DNA of 52,597 nt from an uncultured Planctomycetaceae bacterium (GTDB lineage: Bacteria; Planctomycetota; Planctomycetia; Pirellulales; Thermoguttaceae), in contig CAZWWC010000001.1 of NCBI GenBank assembly GCA_964637625.1, positions 1,958 to 54,554 on the forward strand, written 5' to 3'. Below the pieces are notes generated by a model. It worked only from the letters and a program-made list of their open reading frames with translations, was not told the origin of the DNA and ran no database searches. This document shows, piece after piece, positions 8,767 through 17,280 of the stretch. Within the stretch, counting starts at the first letter, position 1; each line of letters begins with the position of its first letter. A program made the translations under genes and the position numbers.

Positions 8767-10581
8767 ATGGCCATGAGACGTCTCTTGTTTTCGGCAGTTG
8801 TCTTCTTGCTCGTTTCGGGAGCCGGACCGGCCGCTCGGGCTGAACTGAAACCGAACCAGGTGGCCATTCTCGCGATGGCCGAGAGCGAGGTTTCGCGCGA
8901 GCTGGCCCAATACTATGCCCAGGTGCGGGGTATCCCCGAGTCGCACATTCTCTTGTTGGACGGCAAGGTGGAGCAACGGATTACCCGCTATCGCTGGGAC
9001 CACACGTTGCGACCGGCCATCCGCAAATGGTTCAAGAAAGACGAGTCTCTGGCGGACATTCGTTGTTTCGCGACGATGTGGGATGTTCCGTTGCAAATTG
9101 CCGCTTTGGATGCCAAAGCGCCCGAGATCACCGAGCGCGTTGCGTATCTTCGGCAGGCACGCGCGACCTTCATTGGGCAGGCCGGCACGCTGTTTCGCAT
9201 GCTCCGTTCGAACGGGAAGGAAGCCGGCGCGAGCGAGGCCGTCGCGGCTCCGTCAGCCGACATTCCGCTTGAGCAGTTGCACGACCAATTCGTCGTCGCG
9301 ATGAAGACGGCCAATTCCAAGCTGAAAAAAGCGAGGTCAACCGAAGACCGCCGGAAAGTGAACCAGTTCGTGGAGCGGGCGCTCGTGACGATCAGCGGCA
9401 ACCATGGGCTGATGCAGATGGCCAAGTCTCGCTCTAAGTCGAGCGGACCGGTGTCCAAAGAAATGGCGCGCTTTGCCTATTTTGTGGGACGTTCCGAGGG
9501 ACTCAGGCGTGGGATGCAATCGCTCGGCTCGATGCGAGGCACGATTGCCCGAGACCAACAGGCCATCGAGATGACCCAATTGATGGGTGGGTTGTTTGGT
9601 GTCATCCGGTGGATTGATCAGCAGCTCTACCTGCTGGAGAAGAATCTTACTGAGGCCAGTTTCGACAGTGAATTGTCCATGGTGCTCTGGCCCGATCCAC
9701 CCGTCTTGAGTTGGATACCCAATCCGTGGCACTACAGGTTCGACGCGAGGCCGTCGCGTCGGCAGACGACGCTGTTTGTCTCTCGGCTGTCTGCTCCCTT
9801 GCCCGACATTGTCCGCCGCATGATCGACGGCACGATCGCCGCCGAGAAGACGTCGCTTCAAGGGGTGGTGTACCTGGACGCACGGGCACTGGCGTACGAT
9901 CCGAAGAAGCCCGACGACGGCGCGTTCGGCCAATATGATCAGTCCTTGCGCGACTTGGACGCGCGACTGCGGAAGCACACGAAGTTGAAAGTCGTGCTCG
10001 ATAATGAACCGGATCTTTTCGGGGCGAGCCGTTGTCCGCAGGCAGCCCTGTATTGCGGTTGGCATTCGCCCGGCAACTACAGGGACGCCTTCGACTGGTC
10101 GACCGGCGCGGTGGGCTACCATTTGGCCGACGACGAGGCCGCCTGGCTGCAGCTCAACGACGATAATAGAGTGATGGGCAAGAAGCCCTGGTGCCCGTGG
10201 CTATTGATCGATGGCGCGTGTGCCACGCTCGGTTCGTGCCGGGAAGCCCATCTCGTAGCATTTCCTCTGCCCGACGATTTTTTCCCGCTGCTTCTAACGG
10301 GCAAATACTCGCTGGCGGAGGTGTATTATCGGACGTGCCCATTTCTTTCCTGGACCGTAGTCTTGGTGGGCGATCCCTTGTACAACCCGTACAAGAATAG
10401 CCCCGCGCTGTCCGAGGAGGCGTTGCCGGATCGGATGAAGCCCCCGGCGGCGCGTAAGCCCGGACCAGACGATCAGGCGGGCGGCGAACCGCCTGAAACC
10501 GTGGTGCCGGGTAAGGGCAGACCCAGAAGGCCGCAGAGGTCCAAGGAGTCCGCGATCGTTTTGCCCGGTCTGGAACAGTGA
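8767..10581 (+). CDS. Secreted conserved hypothetical protein, possibly TIGR03790-like
   Basis: The in-frame ATG at 8767 starts a clean signal peptide (MAMRRLLFSAVVFLLVSGAGPAARA). The upstream part of the 8125 ORF overlaps the GH51 gene and is Arg/His-rich junk. Motifs NQVAILAM..SEVSRELAQYYAQVRGIPESHIL, SFDSELSMV, VSRLSAP and AALYCGWHSPGNY...GAVGYHLA resemble my memory of TIGR03790. The tail is Pro/Arg-rich and low in complexity. Confidence 0.55.
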   Translation: MAMRRLLFSAVVFLLVSGAGPAARAELKPNQVAILAMAESEVSRELAQYYAQVRGIPESHILLLDGKVEQRITRYRWDHTLRPAIRKWFKKDESLADIRCFATMWDVPLQIAALDAKAPEITERVAYLRQARATFIGQAGTLFRMLRSNGKEAGASEAVAAPSADIPLEQLHDQFVVAMKTANSKLKKARSTEDRRKVNQFVERALVTISGNHGLMQMAKSRSKSSGPVSKEMARFAYFVGRSEGLRRGMQSLGSMRGTIARDQQAIEMTQLMGGLFGVIRWIDQQLYLLEKNLTEASFDSELSMVLWPDPPVLSWIPNPWHYRFDARPSRRQTTLFVSRLSAPLPDIVRRMIDGTIAAEKTSLQGVVYLDARALAYDPKKPDDGAFGQYDQSLRDLDARLRKHTKLKVVLDNEPDLFGASRCPQAALYCGWHSPGNYRDAFDWSTGAVGYHLADDEAAWLQLNDDNRVMGKKPWCPWLLIDGACATLGSCREAHLVAFPLPDDFFPLLLTGKYSLAEVYYRTCPFLSWTVVLVGDPLYNPYKNSPALSEEALPDRMKPPAARKPGPDDQAGGEPPETVVPGKGRPRRPQRSKESAIVLPGLEQ

Positions 10582-11250
10582 CGGCAGAACGGGACCACCG
10601 CGGCCATGCAACCCCGACACTCGTAGGGGTCCTAAACGCGAGGAATCGCTGGTGGCGAGCCTGGCCACTTGTGGGTCCACGCAGGACGGCTCATTTGGGG
10701 TAGTACGCCGGCCCGGCAGCAGCCGCACGGCCCTTTCGCTCCGATGCGTTGCCAACGCAACGTCCCGAGGAAGAAGTGTTGTGACTGGTCAACATTCGAC
10801 CGGCCGAGTTGTTGGAGTGGGAGAAACTACAAGCTTTAACGTTCTCTGGGTTTAGGTGCTCCTGTGGAAGCTTGCCGATTGCATTGGCATCCTAGTTGCG
10901 TTTTGAGGGGCGTGACCGGGTCCCATAACTTGACAATTCGGGAGTGTTGAATCATGCTGTGGGGATAAGGGGGTGGTCGGTCGTCGCTTGGCAGGCTTAT
11001 CGCGTCGGGTACTCTTCCAGACGTCTCCGTCAACAAAAGTTGCCACGCAACCGCAGTCCCGACCGTCCGGTACCCCCAGGGAAGAGTAAGGATAGGGTGA
11101 GCACACCTCAGGACGCTGTGGTCCGGTTGAAAGTCTCGCCAAACCACGTGAGTGATCCAACGGAAAGCCTCGGGACGATCATTTCGCCAATTTCGAGTTC
11201 CCAAGATTGATCGCCGCGAGCGGTCTGGGCCTTAGTCTCAATGCCGATAG

Positions 11251-12222
11251 GTGCAAACATTGACTACAACAGCAACAGTGATTGATTCGAAAACCAGGAA
11301 CACGTACATCGTCAGTGCGATCGTGCTGCTGGCGTTGGTTATTGGGGTCTATTATCCGATACTCTGTTGGCTCGTCAATACTTGGTATAACTCCCAAGAT
11401 TATATCTACGGTTTCCTCGTACCCGTCTTTTCGGCTTGGCTTCTTTGGGACCGTCGCGACATGCTCAAGCTGGACCAGTTGAAAGGCAGCTACTGGGGTG
11501 TTCTGCTTGTGTCGGCCGGCGTAGCGGCGTCGATGTACGCCAACTATCGGTTCAACCACGTGCTTGAAGTCTGGTCAATTGTGCCGTTGGTTGGCGGCCT
11601 AATGCTCCTGATCGGCGGCTGGCATGCCATCCAATGGTCTTGGCCGGCAATCGTGTTCTTATTCTTCATGGCTCCACTTCCACAGGTTCTTGGCGAAATG
11701 CTTGGCCAGGAACTCCAGAAAATTGGCACCGGTATCAGCGTGTTTGTATTGCAAACGTTGGGGATGCCGGCGGTTGCGGAAGGAAACGTGATTGCGTTGA
11801 GCAACTCGCGTTTGGGCGTGGTTGAGGCTTGCAGCGGGCTCAGGATGTTGATGCTGTTTTTCGCCGCTTCTTTTGGCGCGGCATTGTACGTTCGTCGTGA
11901 CCCGTTGATTCGAATCCTTATCGCGATTAGCGCCCCTCCGATTGCCATTATCGCCAACGTTGCGCGAATCACGGTTACGGCGATTCTCTATGAAAACGTT
12001 AGCCAAGAGTTGGGTGATAAGATTTTCCACGATTTGGCCGGTTGGCTGATGATGCCGATGGCGATAGCCATTTTGTGGTTCGAGACGGCGTTGTTAGACC
12101 ATCTATTCGTTGCTCCGGAGCGGGAGACGCCCATTGCGCTGGGCACGGCAGCCGTCGACAGTGCTCAACGAAGTGAAGGTCGAACGCGTTTACCGGGCGA
12201 TCGTCCCGCCCGGCAGGATTGA
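11251..12222 (+). CDS. Exosortase (EpsH/Xrt family transpeptidase)
   Basis: Polytopic membrane protein. It carries the exosortase signatures Y.YGFLVP...WLLW, the catalytic Cys in VVEACSGLRML, Arg in IIANVARI and His in FHDLAGWLMMP. The start is uncertain: GTG 11251, with in-frame TTG 11260 or GTG 11278 as alternatives and no clear SD. Confidence 0.85.
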   Translation: MQTLTTTATVIDSKTRNTYIVSAIVLLALVIGVYYPILCWLVNTWYNSQDYIYGFLVPVFSAWLLWDRRDMLKLDQLKGSYWGVLLVSAGVAASMYANYRFNHVLEVWSIVPLVGGLMLLIGGWHAIQWSWPAIVFLFFMAPLPQVLGEMLGQELQKIGTGISVFVLQTLGMPAVAEGNVIALSNSRLGVVEACSGLRMLMLFFAASFGAALYVRRDPLIRILIAISAPPIAIIANVARITVTAILYENVSQELGDKIFHDLAGWLMMPMAIAILWFETALLDHLFVAPERETPIALGTAAVDSAQRSEGRTRLPGDRPARQD

Positions 12223-12454
12223 CGGTTGACGGTACGCCGATGACGTTGCGACGTTTCGGTAAGACGGATGTGGCGTACCCTAGTTGCCATGGATGCGGTA
12301 GACAGTTCAGATAGTCGAGGTTTGTCGAACATAACAGGGCTTTGGATCGCCAGAATCGTTTTGCGCCACAGCTCTCATCTCGAGCCAAGGTCTTTTTGCT
12401 CTTGGCGCGATTCCCAATACTTGCGACTTACCCCCTAGAGTTGAGGAGAGGCTC

Positions 12455-14704
12455 ATGTCGACCAAAGAGAACAATGATGCATCGCAGAATCCGTCTTCGA
12501 ACGGCCAGCCGCTAGTGGTGCACCACACCGCTCCGTTGGGAGCCAAGGACTTGGATTGGGGCTCCGTGCCCAGCTATGGCCGAGGAGCCGGTTCCGACCC
12601 TGCTGTCTACCTGCACGCTGTCCGTCGCCATTGGTTCTTCGGGCTGGTTATCGGTATCGCTCTCGCGGTTGCCGTCGGCGCGTCCACGTGGTTTCTCATG
12701 CCGAAGAGCTACACGGCCACGGCGCTGATCGAAGTGTCCATGCGCGACGATGTGCTGGTGTTTCCGGAGAGAAGCTACAGCGCGCAGCAGGAGTACCAAG
12801 TCTTCAAGGAGACGCAAGCCCAGTTGCTCAAAAGTCCCTTTGTTCTGATGGCTGCGTTGCGGAAACCTGAAATCATTGCGCTTTCGATCGTCGAGCGTGA
12901 GAAGGCCGACCCGATCATCTGGCTGCAAGATGAGCTCCACGTCTCCTTTCCCGGCGAATCTGCGATCATGCGGGTCAGTCTCTCCGACAACGATCCGAAG
13001 GAGGTCGCGAAGATCGTCCAAGCCATTGTTGACGCGTATATCAGCGAGATTGTCGAGAACGATCGGAGCATGAAACACCGGAAATTGGCCGATCTTGGCA
13101 ATGTCTTGGCGCGTAAGGAACAAGAGATTCGGAAACGAAGAACGACGTTGAAGCGATTGGCCGACGAGTTGGGCACCAGCGACAAGGGGACGCTCAGCCT
13201 GAAAATGCAGTTCGCCCTGCAACAATTGAACGTGTATCGCAATCAACTGACACAGGTACAAATCGAGTTACGGAGAGGCAACGCCCAACTCAAGGCTACC
13301 CAGGAGGCTTTTCGGCGGCTCAAAGAGTCGCCGGCGATAGGCATGGAACTCCAACAGATGAAGCGTGGCGATTCGATTTGCCGTGACCTCGAGAAAACCC
13401 TCAGCGGTCTGATGCAAGCCAAGGCCCAGCAAAGCCAGATGGCTAAACCCGGAACCTATGACCCCCTCTCCGACCGGCTCAACCAGCAGATGGCCCTTAT
13501 TCAGGCACAACTCACCGAGCGGGAGCAACAGATTGCCTATTCGATTTTGGAATCGAAGCAGAGCGAGTTGGAGAACATCATCGCCGACCTAACGGTGAGG
13601 GTCGGCCTTGCGACGGACGCTGCAAAGGACCTTCAGGACCAAGTCAACAGCCAGGAAGAGCAATTCGAGAAGATTGGCCGGTCTACCGTCGAGTTGGACA
13701 TGATGCAATTGGAACTGGAGAACTTCGAGGCAACAAGGAAGACCATAGCCGCAAAGCGCGAGGCCCTTGAGGTCGAAGCCAATTCTCGTCCGCGAATCCG
13801 AGCGCGTCAGTCGCCTGAGGTACCCCAGAGCTACGACCATCCCCAGATGAAGGTGGCGCTCTCCATTGTCGGGGCGCTGGTCGGTTTGGCTTTTCCGTTA
13901 TTCGTCATCATTTGGTGGGATGTGCACAAGCAGCGTATCAACTCTTCGGAGGATGTGGCCAAGGGGCTTGGCTTGCCGGTCATCGGTTCGGTACCGGTGA
14001 TCCCCAGCCGCGCCATCAAACGACTCGGTGCGCCAAGCGGGAAGAATCAACAATGGAACGTGCGACTTGCCGAATCGATCGACACGATCGCGGCCAAGCT
14101 GCTCCGTAATGCGGCGATCGAGAAGAATCGGGTTGTGCTGATCACCAGCGCGGTCAGCGGAGAAGGCAAGACGACCCTGGCCACCCAGGTGGCCATGAGT
14201 CTGGCCCGGGCCGGAAAACGAACCGTGTTGGTCGACTTCGACCTGCGTCGACCGGCGGTCGACAAGGCGTTCCAGTTGCCGTTGCATCCGGGTGTCAGTG
14301 AAGCTCTTTGCGGCGAGAACGACGTAGCGAGCTTACCGCAGGCGACCGGGCTTCCCAATCTGGAAGTGGTGACCGCGGGGCGATGTGACCGGCACGCTTT
14401 GCAGGCGTTGGCCAACGGTGGTGACAAGCAACTTTTTGAGGAGTTTCGCGATAATTATGAATTCGTGATTGTCGACGGAAGCCCGATTCTACCCGTGGCC
14501 GACTCGCGATATATCAGCCAACACGTGGATTCTGTCGTGCTTTCGATCTTCCGAGACTTCAGTCGTGTTCCGAAAGTAATGGCGGCCTGTGAGATCCTCG
14601 AGGCCTTTGGCGTCCATGACATTGAAGCCGTGGTAACCAGCTCAAGTGAGGATGGATATGGTGTCGTCGACACGGTTGTTCAGAGCGTGCAACCCTCCGC
14701 TTAG
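12455..14704 (+). CDS. Polysaccharide co-polymerase fused to a BY-kinase-like P-loop ATPase (Wzc/GumC/EpsG-like chain-length determinant)
   Basis: GAGGAGAGG SD precedes the ATG. There is a Wzz-type N-terminal TM, a long coiled-coil periplasmic region and a second TM (ALSIVGALVGLAFPLFVIIWW). The CpsD-like ATPase shows Walker A SAVSGEGKTTLA, Walker A' VLVDFDLRRP and Walker B FVIVDGSPILPVAD. Confidence 0.85.
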   Translation: MSTKENNDASQNPSSNGQPLVVHHTAPLGAKDLDWGSVPSYGRGAGSDPAVYLHAVRRHWFFGLVIGIALAVAVGASTWFLMPKSYTATALIEVSMRDDVLVFPERSYSAQQEYQVFKETQAQLLKSPFVLMAALRKPEIIALSIVEREKADPIIWLQDELHVSFPGESAIMRVSLSDNDPKEVAKIVQAIVDAYISEIVENDRSMKHRKLADLGNVLARKEQEIRKRRTTLKRLADELGTSDKGTLSLKMQFALQQLNVYRNQLTQVQIELRRGNAQLKATQEAFRRLKESPAIGMELQQMKRGDSICRDLEKTLSGLMQAKAQQSQMAKPGTYDPLSDRLNQQMALIQAQLTEREQQIAYSILESKQSELENIIADLTVRVGLATDAAKDLQDQVNSQEEQFEKIGRSTVELDMMQLELENFEATRKTIAAKREALEVEANSRPRIRARQSPEVPQSYDHPQMKVALSIVGALVGLAFPLFVIIWWDVHKQRINSSEDVAKGLGLPVIGSVPVIPSRAIKRLGAPSGKNQQWNVRLAESIDTIAAKLLRNAAIEKNRVVLITSAVSGEGKTTLATQVAMSLARAGKRTVLVDFDLRRPAVDKAFQLPLHPGVSEALCGENDVASLPQATGLPNLEVVTAGRCDRHALQALANGGDKQLFEEFRDNYEFVIVDGSPILPVADSRYISQHVDSVVLSIFRDFSRVPKVMAACEILEAFGVHDIEAVVTSSSEDGYGVVDTVVQSVQPSA

Positions 14705-14784
14705 GACTGATGTGAACGCCGGTACCGTCCTCCTGAACGTACGTGGGAGATGGCCGACCTCGTTGCGGCCAACAAACAGCGACC

Positions 14785-16374
14785 ATGGGATCAGAACCAA
14801 CCATTTTCCTGCTCGCCTGCCTCGTCAGTCTCGGGCTGACAGCGCTGATTCGCGAGATTGCGCCTCGGATTGGTTTGACGGATGATCCCGACGGGCATCG
14901 GAAGCTGCACGGTCGGACAACACCGCTCGGCGGCGGTCTTGCGATTTACGTGACCACGGCCATCATTCTGGGAACGCTCTGGATCACGGCCGGGGCAACG
15001 CCCATCTCCTCCTTGGGCAACAGTTCCGACTTGCCGTCCAAGCTGCGGGGCGGCTACGCGCAACTCCCCTACTTGCTCTTGGCCGGGTTGGTCATCGTCG
15101 TTGTCGGCCTGATCGACGACTGGAAGGGGCTGAAAGGCAAGCACAAGCTGCTGGGCCAGGTGCTGGCCGCGGGCGTTCTGATGTTCGGCGGCCTGGTGAT
15201 TGAGCGCATCGAGCTCTTCGGTTACGTGATTCCGTTCGGCCCTTTCGCTTATCTCGTCACGCTCGTGTGGCTGCTCGGAGCGATCAACGCCCTGAATCTA
15301 CTCGACGGCATCGACGGCCTGGCCACCATACTGGGAATCATTCTTAGCTGCACCATCGCCGCCATCGCGGTGGTCATGACCATTCAAGGCGCGAACAATC
15401 AAGGTGTGGCGATCATTGCGATGGTGTTCACCGGAAGCCTTCTTGGTTTTCTGCGATTCAATTTCCCGCCCGCGAGTATATTCCTTGGCGATTCGGGGAG
15501 CATGTTGATCGGTTTGGTGGTCGGCGCGCTGGCCATTGGGGGATCGCTCAAGGGGCCCGGCACCGTGCTGCTGGCCGCACCCCTGGCGATTTGGGCACTT
15601 CCTTTCTTCGATTCGGCCGCCGCTATCCTGCGACGCAAACTGACCGGGCGAAGCATCTATGACACGGATCGGGCCCATCTGCATCATCGGCTGCTGGACC
15701 TGTTGGGCAGCAACCGCAAGGTGCTCGGTTGGGTGGCAACTTGCTGCGCCGTGATCGCGATAGCCGCACTCGTCAGCCTTATCCGCAACGATGACAGAAT
15801 CGTGGCACTGACCTGTCTGGGCATGGTAGCCATTTTCATTGCCACGGGCATATTCGGCCGCGCCGAGCTCTTGCTGGTCGGAACTCGTTTGCGCGGTATC
15901 AGCCGCACGTTGGTCTCGCCGATCTTGCCCCGACGCGACACGGTCTGGCAAACAAGCATGCCCTTGCAGGGGAACGAACCGTGGGATTTGCTCTGGGTCA
16001 CGCTTATCGAGTCGGCCGATAAACTCCAACTGATCAAGATTCGCTTGGACGTCAACATACCTACCATGAGCGAAGCTTATCACGCCGCTTGGGAACAGCC
16101 TTCCCACGCGGCGGGCGGCTGCCGTTGGCATATCGAGATCCCATTGGTGCTCCACGATCGCTCCGTGGGCTTGGTGCAGGTCACCGGCCAGCGTGACCAG
16201 CAGTCGGCATGCTCGGACATTGAGCAGTTGATGGAGTTGATCGAGCCGTTCAACGCCAAGTTGCAGACCATTGCCACCCAAGACGAAGCCCCCACCCCTT
16301 CGATTGATGACGAGGCCATCACAACACTCAGCCACGACGGCGTGGATTCCCCGACTGATCGATACCCCAAATAG
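14785..16374 (+). CDS. WecA/MraY-family (GT4 polyprenyl-phosphate HexNAc-1-phosphate) initiating transferase with an extra C-terminal domain
   Basis: The ATG at 14785 (MGSEPTIFLL...) is preferred to the GTG at 14743. Family motifs are IGLTDDPDGHRKLHGRTTPLGGGLAIY, GLIDDWKGL, NALNLLDGIDGLA and IFLGDSGSMLIG. About 160 aa follow the last TM and have no recognisable family. Confidence 0.8.
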   Translation: MGSEPTIFLLACLVSLGLTALIREIAPRIGLTDDPDGHRKLHGRTTPLGGGLAIYVTTAIILGTLWITAGATPISSLGNSSDLPSKLRGGYAQLPYLLLAGLVIVVVGLIDDWKGLKGKHKLLGQVLAAGVLMFGGLVIERIELFGYVIPFGPFAYLVTLVWLLGAINALNLLDGIDGLATILGIILSCTIAAIAVVMTIQGANNQGVAIIAMVFTGSLLGFLRFNFPPASIFLGDSGSMLIGLVVGALAIGGSLKGPGTVLLAAPLAIWALPFFDSAAAILRRKLTGRSIYDTDRAHLHHRLLDLLGSNRKVLGWVATCCAVIAIAALVSLIRNDDRIVALTCLGMVAIFIATGIFGRAELLLVGTRLRGISRTLVSPILPRRDTVWQTSMPLQGNEPWDLLWVTLIESADKLQLIKIRLDVNIPTMSEAYHAAWEQPSHAAGGCRWHIEIPLVLHDRSVGLVQVTGQRDQQSACSDIEQLMELIEPFNAKLQTIATQDEAPTPSIDDEAITTLSHDGVDSPTDRYPK

Positions 16375-16456
16375 GAAAGAACAACCGTCTTCCCTTCTCG
16401 CCAAGTGTAAGTGACGACGGTCATTCAGGATTCCCTAGAACCATGCGAGAAAACGA

Positions 16457-17107
16457 ATGCCCATGAATACGACTTTGACTAAACTGGCCATTGGGATCGC
16501 TTTGATTGTCTTGCTCTCCGTTGGCGGATGGTTTTCCAGTCACCAAAGTGGCGTCTACCGCGAGATTCGCCTGCCCGACGAACCCCTAAGCAGCATCCCC
16601 ATGGAACTGGGAAACTGGCGGGCGAAGGACATCCCCTTTGAGGACAGGCTTTTCCGCGGAGTGGGTGCCAAAGAAGTAGTCAGTCGCAGCTACACCAACT
16701 GCGCAACGGGGCGAGACCTCACGCTTCATGCTGCACTTTTCAATACCTTTTGGCGCATCGCTCCTCACCCGCCCACGAGATGCTATCCGTCCAACGGTTG
16801 GACGACTCTTGGTAAGGAAGAGTTCAAACTGAACGCTTTGGACGGCACCTCGGCAACGGCCCGCCTGGCTAGTTTCGAAAAGGACGGCAACAGAATCCTC
16901 GTCTTGTACTGGTTCCAGTTTGGCGACTACGTTATCTACGACACCCCGGGTCTGAACAAGGCTCGATGGGAATATCGCGACGACAAAACCTGGCCGCCGC
17001 TTGTCAAGATGATGATTGAGCTCTCGGCGAACAAACCGGAGCAGGCCAGGAAGCAACTGAAGGAGTTTGCAGACGCACTCCATGAGGTTACCAAGAAGTA
17101 CAAGTAA
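16457..17107 (+). CDS. epsI: EpsI-family exosortase-associated protein
   Basis: Single N-terminal TM (LAIGIALIVLLSVGGWF). It then shows IPMELGNWRAKD and the HPPTRCYPSNGW block that I recognise from EpsI/DUF3485 proteins. Size (~216 aa) and context (an exosortase locus) fit. Confidence 0.75.
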   Translation: MPMNTTLTKLAIGIALIVLLSVGGWFSSHQSGVYREIRLPDEPLSSIPMELGNWRAKDIPFEDRLFRGVGAKEVVSRSYTNCATGRDLTLHAALFNTFWRIAPHPPTRCYPSNGWTTLGKEEFKLNALDGTSATARLASFEKDGNRILVLYWFQFGDYVIYDTPGLNKARWEYRDDKTWPPLVKMMIELSANKPEQARKQLKEFADALHEVTKKYK

Positions 17108-17280
17108 CCCTGCCATTGCCGCCTTGCCAAGCTGTTTCTTTACGGAAGGGTTCCAAAAGCCTTGGAGATCCGTACGATTACGTTCGGGATTGTGAGATAC
17201 TTCTCAAACTTCAGGGACTTTTGCGTTGGATTGTGGCTTCGGTCGCACTAGGAACCGTTACGCATAAAACACAGTTGGAC

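Noticed and set aside
17116-17280. The N-terminal extension of the first wecB ORF. The same issue applies to the 14743, 26768, 42450, 45171 and 46396 track starts.
   Set aside because: Track starts are simply the first ATG, GTG or TTG after a stop. The extensions add non-homologous residues, overlap upstream genes or read through a repeat. Internal starts with an SD or a family-typical N-terminus were preferred.
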